Of a stretch of 64,000 bases of DNA, positions 25,450-38,769 are shown in pieces. The DNA comes from Octopus sinensis (taxonomy: Eukaryota), in NCBI RefSeq assembly GCF_006345805.1, contig NC_043007.1, forward strand, positions 18,786,001 to 18,850,000. Direction: 5' to 3'. The first letter of the stretch is position 1. The number at the start of each line of letters is the position of its first letter. Below the pieces are notes generated by a model. The model did not search any database, had not been told where the DNA came from, and saw nothing but the letters and a program-made list of their open reading frames with translations. A program made the position numbers and the translations under genes.

Positions 25450-27964
25450 AAATTATTGACCATCTTACAAAGTTTGAGCACCTTTTCAAACTCCACCTGT
25501 CTAACACATGTGGACATGCTTACAAAGTCAGAAAACAGCACAGCTCCCATGACTTTCGGAAACATTTTTCATGCTAAGAGTTGCTGAAGCATGGAACAAA
25601 CTGAAGTATGGAACAAATCTTCAGCAACATGCAGCCAAGAGAATAACCTCCATCCGGTATTTGCCATATTTTGAACGCCTTACTTCCCTGGGCATGGACA
25701 CATTGAAACTCCGACGTCTGGCAGCTGACTTGGCAGACACCCATAAAATTATTAACCATCTTACTAACAATAACTCTGAGCACCTTTTCAAACTCCACCT
25801 GTCTAACACCCATGGACATGTTTATAAAGTCAGAAAACAGCACAGCTCCCATGACTTTCGGAAACATTTTTCATGCTAAGAGTTGCTGAAGCATGGAACA
25901 AACTGAAGTATGGAACAAATCTTCAGCAACATGCAGCCAAGAGAATAACCTCCATCCGGCATATGCCATATTTTGAACGCCTTACTTCCCTGGGCATGGA
26001 CACATTGAAACTCCGACGTCTGGCAGCTGACACCCATAAAATTATTAACCATCTTACTAACAATAATTCTGAGCACCTTTTCAAACTCCACCTGTCTAAC
26101 ACCCATGGACATGTTTATAAAGTCAGAAAACAGCACAGCTCCCATGACTTTCGGAAACATTTTTTCATGCTAAGAGTTGCTGAAGCATGGAACAAACTGA
26201 AGTATGGAACAAATCTTCAGCAACATGCAGCCAAGAGAATAACCTCCATCCGGCATATGCCATATTTTGAACGCCTTACTTCCCTGGGCATGGACACATT
26301 GAAACTCCGACGTCTGGCAGCTGACACCCATAAAATTATTAACCATCTTACTAACAATAACTCTGAGCACCTTTTCAAACTCCACCTGTCTAACACCCAT
26401 GGACATGTTTATAAAGTCAGAAAACAGCACAGCTCCCATGACTTTCGGAAACATTTTTTCATGCTAAGAGTTGCTGAAGCATGGAACAAACTGAAGTATG
26501 GAACAAATCTTCAGCAACATGCAGCCAAGAGAATAACCTCCATCCGGCATTTGCCATATTTTGAACGCCTTACTTCCTGGGCATGGACACATTGAAACTC
26601 CGACGTCTGGCAGCTGACACCCATAAAATTATTAACCATCTTACTAACAATAACTCTGAGCACCTTTTCAAACTCCACCTGTCTAACACCCATGGACATG
26701 TTTATAAAGTCAGAAAACAGCACAGCTCCCATGACTTTCGGAAACATTTTTTCATGCTAAGAGTTGCTGAAGCATGAACAAACTGAAGTATGGAACAAAT
26801 CTTCAGCAACATGCAGCCAAGAGAATAACCTCCATCCGGCATATGCCATATTTTGAACGCCTTACTTCCTGGGCATGGACACATTGAAACTCCGACGTCT
26901 GGCAGCTGACACCCATAAAATTATTAACCATCTTACTAACAATAACTCTGAGCACCTTTTCAAACTCCACCTGTCTAACACCCATGGACATGTTTATAAA
27001 GTCAGAAAACAGCACAGCTCCCATGACTTTCGGAAACATTTTTTCATGCTAAGAGTTGCTGAAGCATGGAACAAACTGAAGTATGGAACAAATCTTCAGC
27101 AACATGCAGCCAAGAGAATAACCTCCATCCGGCATTTGCCATATTTTGAACGCCTTACTTCCCTGGGCATGGACACATTGAAACTCCGACGTCTGGCAGC
27201 TGACACCCATAAAATTATTAACCATCTTACTAACAATAACTCTGAGCACCTTTTCAAACTCCACCTGTCTAACACCCATGGACATGTTTATAAAGTCAGA
27301 AAACAGCACAGCTCCCATGACTTTCGGAACATTTTTTCATGCTAAGAGTTGCTGAAGCATGGAACAACTGAAGTATGGAACAAATCTTCAGCAACATGCA
27401 GCCAAGAGAATAACCTCCATCCGGCATTTGCCATATTTTGAACGCCTTACTTCCCTGGGCATGGACACATTGAAACTCCGACGTCTGGCAGCTGACACCA
27501 TAAAATTATTAACCATCTTACTAACAATAACTCTGAGCACCTTTTCAAACTCCACCTGTCTAACACCCATGGACATGTTTATAAAGTCAGAAAACAGCAC
27601 AGCTCCCATGACTTTCGGAAACATTTTTCATGCTAAGAGTTGCTGAAGCATGGAACAAACTGAAGTATGGAACAAATCTTCAGCAACATGCAGCCAAGAG
27701 AATAACCTCCATCCGGCATTTGCCATATTTTGAACGCCTTACTTCCCTGGGCATGGACACATTGAAACTCCGACGTCTGGCAGCTGACTTGGCAGACACC
27801 CATAAAATTATTAACCATCTTACTAACAATAACTCTGAGCACCTTTTCAAACTCCACCTGTCTAACACCCATGGACATATTTATAAAGTCAGAAAACAGC
27901 ACAGCTCCCATGACTTTCGGAAACATTTTTTCACGCTGAGAGTTGCTGAAGCATGGAACAAACT
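25450..27964 (+). repeat. Tandem array of about 8.5 units (294 or 303 bp) derived from the C-terminal coding end of a CR1-type LINE
   Basis: Units start near 25604, 25906, 26200, 26494, 26786, 27079, 27371 and 27663. Each encodes ...RITSIRHLPYFERLTSLGMDTLKLRRLAAD...RKHFFMLRVAEAWNKL. Confidence 0.96.
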
Positions 27965-28202
27965 GCCGGCATCAGTTGTTAGTTGTCGGAGCACTGCATC
28001 CTTCAAAACTTCCATGCTTCTTGAGATTCGCCAACACTACACCTGATTTTCTCCCCTCCATACACACACAAGCATTTATCTGACTCATACAGTGTTCGCT
28101 TCCCAGACATTTGTACATTACTGCATTTACTCTATATACACTTTCTGACAAGTTGTGGTGCACCTGAGCACTGTATACAATAATTTCATTATTATTATTT
28201 AA
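27663..28202 (+). mobile_element. CR1-type LINE 3' end (last unit runs into the native stop at 28046, 3' UTR and (ATT)n tail)
   Basis: WNKLPASVV C-terminus, then UTR ending cacctgagcactgtatacaataatttcattattattatt. Confidence 0.9.
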
Positions 28203-28489
28203 ACAATACTTACGAAAAAGAAATGAGTGCATCACATGAGATGTAATCCGCACAAAATATATCCAGAACTTCTGAATAGACACGCTTCACCATACCGCCG
28301 GATCATGTAACCCAAGAGTATAGCTAGACTGACCGATTTCAGAAACGGAGAGGAGGAACACTCAACGTTTTGTCCTGTTTGGTTATGAAGAGTAGTTTCC
28401 CTTGGATTCGTTACAGTTTATGTTCCAAGGACGACAAATATTTATTTACCACTCAAATGCACGAAATAATCTTTTCTACTCTAGGCACA

Positions 28490-29030
28490 AGGCCCGAAAT
28501 TTTGGGGAAAGTGGGGACCAGTCGATTAGATTGACAGCTGTACGTAACTGGTACTCAATTTATCGACCCCGAAAGGATGAAAGGCGAAGTCGACCTCGGC
28601 GGAATTTGAACTCAGAACGTAACGGCACACGAAATACCACTAAGCACTTCGCCAGCTCGCCGCCTTGAATGCAATTTTGGGGAAGTGGGGACCAGTCGAT
28701 TACATCGACCCTTGTATTATGTCGATTATGCTACAACAGAATGAAAAATATCACGTTTTCAGCAACTGCCTAATAATGTCTAAGATACAACTTTCTGTGA
28801 CATGAGATATTTGCTTAAATTAGTTATAATATTTATTTCTTTATTGCCCTCAAGGGGCTAAACATAGAGGGGACAAACAAGGACAAAGGGATTAAGTCGA
28901 TCCCAGTACGTAACTGGTATTTATTTAATCAACCCAGAAAGGATGAAAGGCGAAGTTGACCTTGGCGGAATTTGAACTCAAAACGTAACGGCAGACGAAA
29001 TACCACTAAGCATTTCGCCCGGCGTGCTAA
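28490..29030 (-). mobile_element. Cluster of family B SINE copies
   Basis: Repeated gaaaggatgaaaggcgaagtcgacctcggcggaatttgaactca. Confidence 0.75.
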
Positions 29031-29631
29031 CGTAAAAAGCTCCAACCGATAGTTTGCCAGCCTCCCCTGGCCCCTGTGCCGGCGGCACGTAAAAAGCACC
29101 CACTACACTCACGGAGTGGTTGGCGTTAGGAAGGGCATCCAGCTGTAGAAACACTGCCAGATCAAGATTGGAGCCTGGCGCAGCCTCCTGGCTTCCCAGA
29201 CCCTGGTCGAACCGTGTAACCCATGCTAGCATGGAAAACGGACGGTAAACGATGATGATGATGATACCATTGCTGCAATGGGAAATTATTGTTCTGCTTT
29301 ATGAGTTTTCACTTTACGAGCGTCCTCTGGGAACAAATAACTCGTATAACGAGACCTGTCTTGTTTAAGGGAATAGAAAGAGACAAACGTCTGTGGTAAA
29401 ATATTCGTTCGTAAAACCATCCATGCACCGGGCTTTATAACAACGGGTTTGCATGAAAACCTAGAAATGCTGGGTTATCAGAGAAGGAACGACGCACACT
29501 TATGCACATCTTCGAAATCCAGGCGGTGAGCAGGATGGCAGGGGTGAGTGTGTATGGGGTGGGGTGGGTTGGAGTTCTGTGAAACATTACAAATCACTGA
29601 AATTATAATTTGCAAACAATCAACACATTTG

Positions 29632-29665
<34 letters not shown>

Positions 29666-29959
29666 CACAAACACACACTAATTGGTTGATCCTTTAATGA
29701 CTTCTCTAGATGTGAAAAAATAAGTCCAACTACTTATTGGAATTAATAAAAGGTTAGATATTTCTGGAGAGACATTGTAATTAAAAAGAGCCAACCAGAA
29801 ATTCTTGTTGCTTCTCACGTTCTTCAATAGACAACTGACATTTCTATTTATAGACTTTGAAACCAATAAACAGGCAAAACGGCTTGAAAAGACTAATCCT
29901 CCACCGAACTCATTTAGTCTTTGTTTAAATATTCACAACGTATGGAACAGACGGACAGG

Positions 29960-30340
<381 letters not shown>

Positions 30341-30851
30341 ATGACTGAAACAAGTAAAAGAGTAAGAGAGAGTATCCACTTCCAAATTTAGAGATTACAA
30401 CAGGAGTCATTTGTTTTTTTTTACTATCATTATAAATAATATATTTTTTTCTTTTTAAACAATATATTTCAAATGATTTTATTACACCAAGTTTACACAA
30501 ACCACCTCTGTTGTTCTTGGCATCGATTATTACGTGGAAGACTCTACGAATGATCTGAAAATAGAAAAGAATACAACACTGTTATTATTATTATTATTAT
30601 TATGTAAGAATCACCACCACCACCATTATTATTATTAGGGCGGTGAGCTGGCAGAATCAAAAGCACTTCTGGCAAAATGCTTAGAGGCATTTCACCTGTT
30701 TTCATGTTCTGAGTTCAAATTCCGCCAAGGTCAATTTTGCCCACCATCCTTTTGAGGTTCATAAAATAAGTACCAGTTATGCACTGGGGTTAATGTAATC
30801 AACTTAGCCCAAAATTTCAGACCTTGTACCTATTGTAGAAAGGATTATTAC

Positions 30852-30884
<33 letters not shown>

Positions 30885-31159
30885 TATTATTATTTATTTA
30901 TAAATTTCTTTATTGCCCACAGGGGGCTAAACATAGAGGGGACAAACAAAGACAGACAAGGGGATTAAGTCGATTACATCACCCCCAGTGATTAACTGGT
31001 ACTTATTTATTCGACCCCCAAAAGGATGAAAGGCAAAGTCAACTTTGCCTTTCATCCTCTCAGGATCAATAAAATAAGTACCAGTTGCGTACTGGAGTCG
31101 ATGTAATCAACTAGTCGTTATCAAAATTACTACCCTTGTGGCAAAATTTGAAACCATCA

Positions 31160-31367
31160 TACTCTTTTACTTGTTTCAGTCATTTGACTGTGGCCATGCT
31201 GGAGCACCACCGTTAGTCAAGTAAATCGACCCCAGGACTTATTCTTTGTAAGCCTAGTACTTATTCTATCAGTCTCTTTTGCTGAACCGTTAAGTTACGG
31301 GGACGTAAACACACCAGCATCGGTTGTCAAGCGATGTTGGGGGGGACAAACACAGACACACACACAA

Positions 31368-31408
<41 letters not shown>

Positions 31409-31580
31409 TATATACGACGGGCTTCTTTCAGTTTCCGTCTACCAAATCCACTCACAAGGCTTTAGTCGGCCCGAGGCTATGGTAGAAGTTACTTGCCCAA
31501 AGTGCCACACAGTGGGACTGAACCCGGAACCATGTCGTTGGTAAGCAAGCTACTTACCACACAGCCACTCCTGTGCCTAT
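31160..31580 (-). mobile_element. Family A SINE
   Basis: Full reverse-complement match to 8012-8450. Confidence 0.85.
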
Positions 31581-31819
31581 CATCATCAGCAGCAGCGTTT
31601 TTATTATTTTTATTATTATTATTAATTCTTTCTTGTTTGTTCTAATCCTACAATGACTAACCTTGTTTCTTGGCTACCTCCATATACTTATTTTGTACTT
31701 TCCGCTAGATAACTCCTTGTTTGCTATAAACCCTTAAAATGACCTTTTGTGTCGGTGATCGGTGATCATGCCCCAACCTTTCCCACTCCTGCCACCAATA
31801 CCGGAAGTCTCTCCCTTTT

Positions 31820-32992
31820 TCTCTGTAGTTGGGATGGTTGCTTCGAGAGTGTAATGACTAGAATAAGAATAGCCTGGGCAAAGTTCAGGGAGCTCCTACC
31901 TCTGCTGGAAACGATGGGCCTCTCGCTCATGGTGAAAGGTAGACTATACAATGCATGTGTGTGAACTGCCATGCTACATGGCAGTGAAACATGGGCCATG
32001 AATGATGAGGACATGCATAGGCCTGAAAGAAATGAAGCTAGTATGATCTGCTGGATGTGTAATGTCAGTGTGCATACATGACAGTGTAAGTGCCCTGAGA
32101 GAAAAGTTGGGCATAAGAAGCATCAAATGTGGTGTGCAAGAGAGGTAACTGCACTGTTATGGCCATGTGTTATGTATGAATGAAGACAGCTGTGTGAGGA
32201 AGTGCCACTCTCCAACTGTGGAAGAGGTAAACCCAGGAAGACATGGGATGAGGTGGTGAAGCATGACCATCGAACATTGGGCCTCACAGAGGCAATGACA
32301 GAATACCAGGACCTTTGAAGATATGCTGTGATTGAGAAGACCTGGCAACTAAAGTGAGATCACAGCCACACATGTCCAGCCCTGTTAAGAATACTCTTGA
32401 TGTTTTGGGCGATATGACATGCTTGAGAAGACCTGTTCAGTCAAGTAAAACCAATATTGTAGCTGGGGCCAGTGCCCCATGACTGGCTCTCATGCTGGCA
32501 GAGCATAAAAAGCACCCTCAAGATGTGGTCAATGCCAGGTCCACCAGACGGGCCCCAATGCCAGTGGCACATAAAAAGCACCAACTGAACGTGACATGCA
32601 GTACATCCAGACTGGCTCCCGTGTCGATGGCACATAAAAAGCACCATCCGAATGTGGTTGATACCAGGTCCACCTGACTGGCTCCTGTGCTGGTGGCACA
32701 TAAAAAGCACCAACCAATCATGACTGATGCTAGTACGCTCTGACTGGCTCCTGCGCTGGTGACACGTAAAAAGCACCATCTGAACATGATTGTTGCCAGG
32801 TCCACTTTGCCAGTGGCTCGTAAACAGCCCCCCCCCTACACTCTCGGAGTGGTTGGCATTAGGAAGGGCATGGAGCTGTAGAAACTCTGCCAGACTAGCT
32901 TGGAGCCTGGTGCATCCGCTGGTTCTCCAGACCTCAGTCAAACCATCCAACCCATGCCAGCATGGAAAACTAACGTTAATCAATGATGATGA

Positions 32993-32995
<3 letters not shown>
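31820..32995 (+). mobile_element. RTE-clade LINE 3' part with a minisatellite-containing 3' UTR and (GAT)n tail; source of the family C fragments
   Basis: RIRIAWAKFRELLPLL, KGRLYNACV, MLHGSETW and GKPRKTWDEVV. The UTR has units of about 62 bp (aaaaagcacc) and ends ccaacccatgccagcatggaaa...gatgatgat. UTR fragments recur near 29060, 35610, 41635, 42440, 44860, 45240, 52640, 54150 and 55540. Confidence 0.88.
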
Positions 32996-33035
<40 letters not shown>

Positions 33036-33259
33036 CATCATTATTATAGCTATTGTTCTTATTTGCAAGTTCTAAGTCAAAATCCCCCAACATCCCAGTT
33101 AGATGTCCCACTTTGCAATCTATTTTCTGACCTCTCTTATCTCTTTGGTTTTTTTATCTGAAACAACGAATACAATAAGTGTCAACATGGCAACCAAAGA
33201 ACAACACACTTCAACACAAGCATTTCAGATAAAAAAAAACATATCACATGCTAAAGATT

Positions 33260-33260
33260 T

Positions 33261-33323
<63 letters not shown>

Positions 33324-33545
33324 ATATACTCACACATACATATCTATATGTGTATATATACACATACATATACATACACACACACACATATATATATATG
33401 TGTGTGTGTGTATATATATATATACATATACACACACACACATATATATATGTGTGTGTATATATATATATATACATATATATATACATACATATACATA
33501 CACACACACACACATATATATACATATATATACATACGTATACAT

Positions 33546-33578
<33 letters not shown>

Positions 33579-33624
33579 CATATATATACATATATATATA
33601 TACATATATATATATACATATATA

Positions 33625-33670
<46 letters not shown>

Positions 33671-33750
33671 TATATATGTATACAGACATATATATATACA
33701 TGTATCCACATATGTACACGTACATGTATATACATGCATACAGACATGCA
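33260..33750. repeat. Compound (CA)n/(TA)n microsatellite
   Basis: Direct inspection. Confidence 0.95.
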
Positions 33751-34200
33751 TAGAAAGTGTGTTCAGAAAGTATCCAACTTTATTTTTATTTTTTCCCATC
33801 AAAACTAATGCTGTGTGGCCAAAATCCTTTGGGTGGGAGGTGACACCACCCTTCCAGCACACGTATGAAGATTTTTGCACCAGCAGGCCGCAACAATTCC
33901 CGTGCTATGCCTAGAGTAGAGACATGTAGTGTGAGCTCATCGTATTTTTGTTGTCACCAAACGCATTGAACAGAGATGTTGCATTATGTTTAGCCAAAAG
34001 CTTGGTCATACACAAGCTTAAACCATCGGCAGTCCATTGGCGATGATGCCATGAACGAAGCTCAGATCAAGGAATGGTACAAATGTTTCAGACATCGCCA
34101 CACCTGAGTGGAGAGTGAGGCATGCTCAGGTAAGCCATCCACAAGCCAAAATGAAGAGCCAATTGAGAAGGTTCAGCAAATAGTTGTGGTAGGCCATTGA
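33750..34200 (+). mobile_element. Mariner 5' remnant (N-terminal HTH region)
   Basis: IEQRCCIMFSQKLG, GDDAMNEAQIKEWYKCF and SGKPSTSQNEE..EKVQ, frameshifted. Confidence 0.7.
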
Positions 34201-34898
34201 GTAACAATCCAGCCCTAGTAAATATCGTTTCCTGTTGGACTTGACATATTTCCTGCGTCCTTATGTTTTCAAAGCGGAGACAAGCACCTTTAAGCTTGTC
34301 TCTCCAGGAGCTAAATAACAGTAGCATTCTTCCCTTTCATGGGACTGTCATATTAAGTTAACAACATACTATCACTTTATCGTGTTATTACTGTATAAAT
34401 CTCTTGGAGAGATTTAGAAATGTATTAATTTCTATTTTCAAAAATCAGTGAATGTATTTCAATTGAAATATATATGTTTTCAAAGGCAGATGGGCATCGA
34501 CAGCTAGCAAGCCATGCTACTCCAGACTGATGATGAGCAATGACTCTGAAACTAGTCTCTGAGTGCTGGCTTTGCTGGGTGGAGGTGGTTATCTCCCTTT
34601 TGGAAACAAAGACACAGAAAATGTGTCATGGCCAGCTGGAAACGGTGTTTCCTGGGGCTAAATAACAGTAGTATTCTTCCTTTTCATGGGACTGTCACAT
34701 TAAGTTGACAACATGCCATCACTTTATCATTCTGCTACTGTATAAATTTCTCTGAGAGATTTAGAAATATATTATTTCTATTTCCAAGCTGTGGGGTCAG
34801 GAAGCAAATGTCTGACCTCACAATAACACCAGCATTGAGACAACTGCAGTAAATAGATATTCAACTAATAATTAGCACAAGAGATTAAATGGTGTTGC

Positions 34899-35030
34899 TT
34901 ACTTGACGACAGAGGCAAAATTAGGTGCACTGTGCAGGTGTTTGTGTCCATAACCAAAGCTTTTGTCGAATGGCACTAACTGCAATTGTCCACTGGTTTT
35001 GGGCCGTGATTCCATACCTGCCATATAAAG
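34899..35030 (-). CDS. ABHD12: ABHD12-like exon 11 (LYMAGMESRPKTSGQLQLVPFDKSFGYGHKHLHSAPNFASVVK*), catalytic His
   Basis: tttccattgcag| acceptor, GYGHK motif. The 3' end reads GTC AA|gtaagc, so it is either a donor at 34903 or read-through AAG TAA (stop at 34899). The end is uncertain. Confidence 0.88.
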   Translation of the reverse strand, partial: LYMAGMESRPKTSGQLQLVPFDKSFGYGHKHLHSAPNFASVVK

Positions 35031-36049
35031 CTGCAATGGAAATTTGAAAAAATAAGGATTATACATATATGCATATTACCTGTCTGTATCAGCGGTTCCC
35101 AACCTGGGGTCTGCAGACCACTAGGGGTCCGTAAAAGTAGTACTGGGGGCCTGGGAACTAAATTCAAAATTTCATATATGTCCAACCCATGCTAGCATGG
35201 AAAACGGATGCTAAACGATGATGATGATGATGATGATGTACATAGGGGTAAGCATGTTAAAAGGGGCCCGTGGGAAAATACGTTTGAATAAAAGGGTTGA
35301 AAATCACTGTTGGGAACCACTGTGAAAAGGATGAAAACAACTGATGTGTGTGTGCACGCCTATTCTTTTATTCTTTTACTTGTTTCGGTTATTTGACTGT
35401 GGCCATGCTGGAGCACTGCCTTAAAGGGTTTTAATGGAAGAAATCGACCACAGGCCTTATTCTTTGGAAGCCAAGCACTTATTCTATCGGTTTGCTTTTG
35501 CTGAACCGCTAAGTTATGGGGACATAAACATACCAGCATCAGTTGTCAAGCGAAGGTAAGGGGACAAACACAGACACACATAAATATATACATGCACATA
35601 TGTATATACATTTACTACACACTCGGAGTGGTTGGCATTAGGAAGGGCATTCAACTGTAGAAACTTTGCCAGATCAGACTGAGCCTGGTGCAGCCTCTGG
35701 CTCACTAGTCCTCAGTCAAACCTTCCGACCCATGCCAGCATGGAAAGCAGACGTTAAACAATAATGATGATGATGCAAGGGACTTCTTTCAGTTTCCATC
35801 TACCAAATCTATTCAAAAGGCTTTGGTCGGCCTGAGGCTATAGCAGTAGACACTTGCCCAAGGTGCTACACAGTGGGACTGAACCTGGAACCATGTGGTT
35901 GGGAAGCAAGCTTCTTACCACACAGCCACGTATGCTGTCAGATATATCCACAAACTTGGTTACTGTGGCAGAACAGCAAGAAGGAAGCCACTTCTTTGAC
36001 TAACCCCTACCAAGTGGAGAAAAGATTGGGCTAGTGAGATGATGGAATG

Positions 36050-36360
36050 ACAAGTAGCATTTCAAGTGGGGCTACAACCCCCTATATGGGCAAGGGCCAA
36101 AATTTGATCCCCCTAGAACCTTCCCCAAGTAAGGACAAACTTTCATGCCAAATTTGGTTTTATACTACTGAAAAAAGCATCAGAAAGATCATATGGTGGG
36201 GGGCACAGCCCTCAATATAGGCAAGGCCTGAATTTTCCCCCTCCCCACCGAACATTCCCCAAATAATGAAAAATCTCCATGCCAAATTTGGTTCAGCTTA
36301 ATCCAGAGTTTTGGCCATGCATAGAGGAAACACACACACAGAGTGAATTTTATAATATAT
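36050..36360 (+). mobile_element. Non-autonomous element with repeated atgccaaatttggtt motifs (Helitron/Helentron-associated type), followed by an RTE fragment to about 36560
   Basis: Two internal subrepeats, then acacacacag...ttttataat. The class is inferred from architecture only. Confidence 0.4.
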
Positions 36361-37645
36361 CAGATGGTCATGTAATGTGTATGGATGAGGGTAGCTGCAT
36401 AAAGAAGTGCTGGACTCTAACTATGGAGGGAACATGTGGAAGGGGTAGCCCCATGAACATGTGGAATGAAGTGGTGAGAATGGATCTTTAGATGTTGGGC
36501 CTCACAAAGGAGATGACAAGGGGCTGGAGACCTGTGGCAATCTATTGTGCTTGAGATGACACATCATGCTAAATAAATAGTGGCCATCAATACACACAGG
36601 CATGTCCTTTACGGCCATGCCCACCACTCCCTCTCTCAGTCACGAGGTCCTTGTCTTGTGAGTTCATCCTTTAGCTTTTAAACTAGCCATATCTGACCTC
36701 TCACACCTACCCTACAATGTCATTCTAAAAATGAACAATCACAACATCAAAATTTCAAACCTACAAAACAATGCATGATTAAATCTAAGATAATCCTTTC
36801 TATTGAAGGCACAAGGCCTGAAATTTCAGGGAAGCGGGTGAGTCGATTACATCAACCCCAGTAAAGCACTGGTACCTAATTTATTGCGCCTGAAAGGATG
36901 AAAAGCAAAGCTGACCTCAGCAGAATTTGAATTCAGAATGTAGCAACAGACGAAATACCTATTTCTTTACTACCCACAAGGGGCTAAACACAGACGGGAC
37001 AAACAAGGGCAGACAAACGGATTAAGTCGATTATATCAACCCCAGTGCATAACTGGTATTTATTTAATCGATCCCGAAAGGATGAAAGCCAAAGTTGACC
37101 TCGGTGGAATTTGAACTCAGAATGTAGCGGCAGATGAAATACTGCTAAGCATTTTGCCTGGCATGCTAATGATTCTGCTAGCTCGTCACCTTATGATTAA
37201 TTCAAAATAATATGAATAAAATTAGCATCATGTTTGACAGAGTAATTTGAATGTTAGAGGATTAAAGCAGTATTTCTCAAAATGAAATTGGATGGGCAGG
37301 ACAGGAATGTCTTTGATGGTAAGGCAACTCAGTCTGGGCTGACTTGGTGCTTAACAACAATGTGAATGTACAATTGAATTTCCATCAAGGTCACCAGATC
37401 TGCCAGAGATATCCATGAGAGTACCTTGAAATGGTACCCTGGCCATTATCAAATTAGAAATATATGGAGTGTTATGTGAACCAGGTGGACTTGTACCTAT
37501 TTGAAGAAGACAAAGATCAAGGCTGGAAAGTTTTTAATCATAGGTCTGTTGTATGTACATGGGTGAGCTAGGGGTAAAATAACAACAAATACTCAAAGAA
37601 TGGAACAAAAAAAAATACATAAAAAGGTTAAAAAGTACACCATAC

Positions 37646-37724
37646 CTTCATGGCAAGCTTTATGGGTATAAGTCCATCATCTTCTGCATGGAGGATTAAT
37701 ATAGGACTTGTTACATCTTTGATA
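37646..37724 (-). CDS. ABHD12: ABHD12-like exon 10 ([26 protein letters not shown]), catalytic Asp
   Basis: tttactccacag| acceptor, AAG|gtatgg donor, 79 nt. LILHAEDD motif. Confidence 0.95.
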
Positions 37725-37820
37725 CTGTGGAGTAAATAAAATAAAATAAAATAAATATATATATATATAATACACACACACACACAGAGGAATTGATAGA
37801 TAGGAAGACAGATAGAAACC

Positions 37821-37872
<52 letters not shown>

Positions 37873-38189
37873 AAGATAGAAAGATAGATAGCTAGACAGA
37901 CAGACAGACAGGCAGATAGATAGACAAATAGATAGATAAATAGATAACCAGACAGAGAGATAGATAGGTAGATAGATAGAAGTAATGTTGGGGTAAACAA
38001 GTTGCTAAAAGTCTACATTGGAATGACAACAAGCTTATATAAATTTAGATACAATTTCCACACTTATGCTTTTAGAAATATTATTAGAACTAACAAGAGA
38101 TCATGAGCTATGTACACTTGAGAAATAAAAAACTAAATCTCCTCGAACCAAGATGAAAAAAAAATATAAAAAAAAACAAAGAAAAGAAA

Positions 38190-38640
38190 ACATTGTGCTT
38201 GGGAAAAGGGGGAGAGAGAGAGGGAGAGAGAAAGAGAGAGATGAGAAAGAGACAGAGAGGGAGAGATGAGAGAGACACACACAGAGAAAAAGAGAGATAC
38301 ATAGAGAGAGAAAGGAGAGAGAGACAGAGAGACAGTGAGGGAGAGGTGACAGAGACAGAGACAGCCAGAGAGGGAGAGATGAGAGAAAGACACACATAGA
38401 GAGAGAGAGAGAGATGAGAAAGAGAGACACACAGAGGAAGAGAGATACAGAGACAGGGAGGGGAGGAGACAGAGAGAGAGAGAGAGAGAGAGGTGAAAGA
38501 GACAGCCAGAGAGGAAGAGATGAAAGAGAGAGACACACACAGAGAAAGAGAGATACATAGAGAGAGAGAGAGAGAGAGAGGTGAGAAACAGACAGAGAAG
38601 GAGAGAGACAGACACACAGACAGACAGATGAGAGAAATAT
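38190..38640. repeat. GA-rich low-complexity tract just downstream of exon 9
   Basis: Direct inspection. Confidence 0.9.
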
Positions 38641-38686
38641 CCCAAAATTGAAGAATTATTATTTTGAAAATTGCTTTTGTCTTTAC

Positions 38687-38769
38687 TTTTGGTCACTGGC
38701 AAATTCTGTTCCACATCTTTCGACAGAGCTGAGAATCATGTAACTCAGTGGCCGGAATGGTCTGTATAA
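38687..38769 (-). CDS. ABHD12: ABHD12-like exon 9 (LYRPFRPLSYMILSSVERCGTEFASDQN)
   Basis: ctctttcccacag| acceptor, AA|gtaaag donor, 83 nt. Ends in the F.SD.N pattern of the family. Confidence 0.88.

Noticed and set aside
25450-27964. CRISPR-like or host-gene interpretation of the regular array
   Set aside because: Units are about 294 bp with no unique spacers, and they translate to a LINE ORF2 C-terminus.
38101-38714. Long Ser/Leu-rich minus-strand ORFs overlapping exon 9
   Set aside because: They are translations of the (TC)n tract in the intron.
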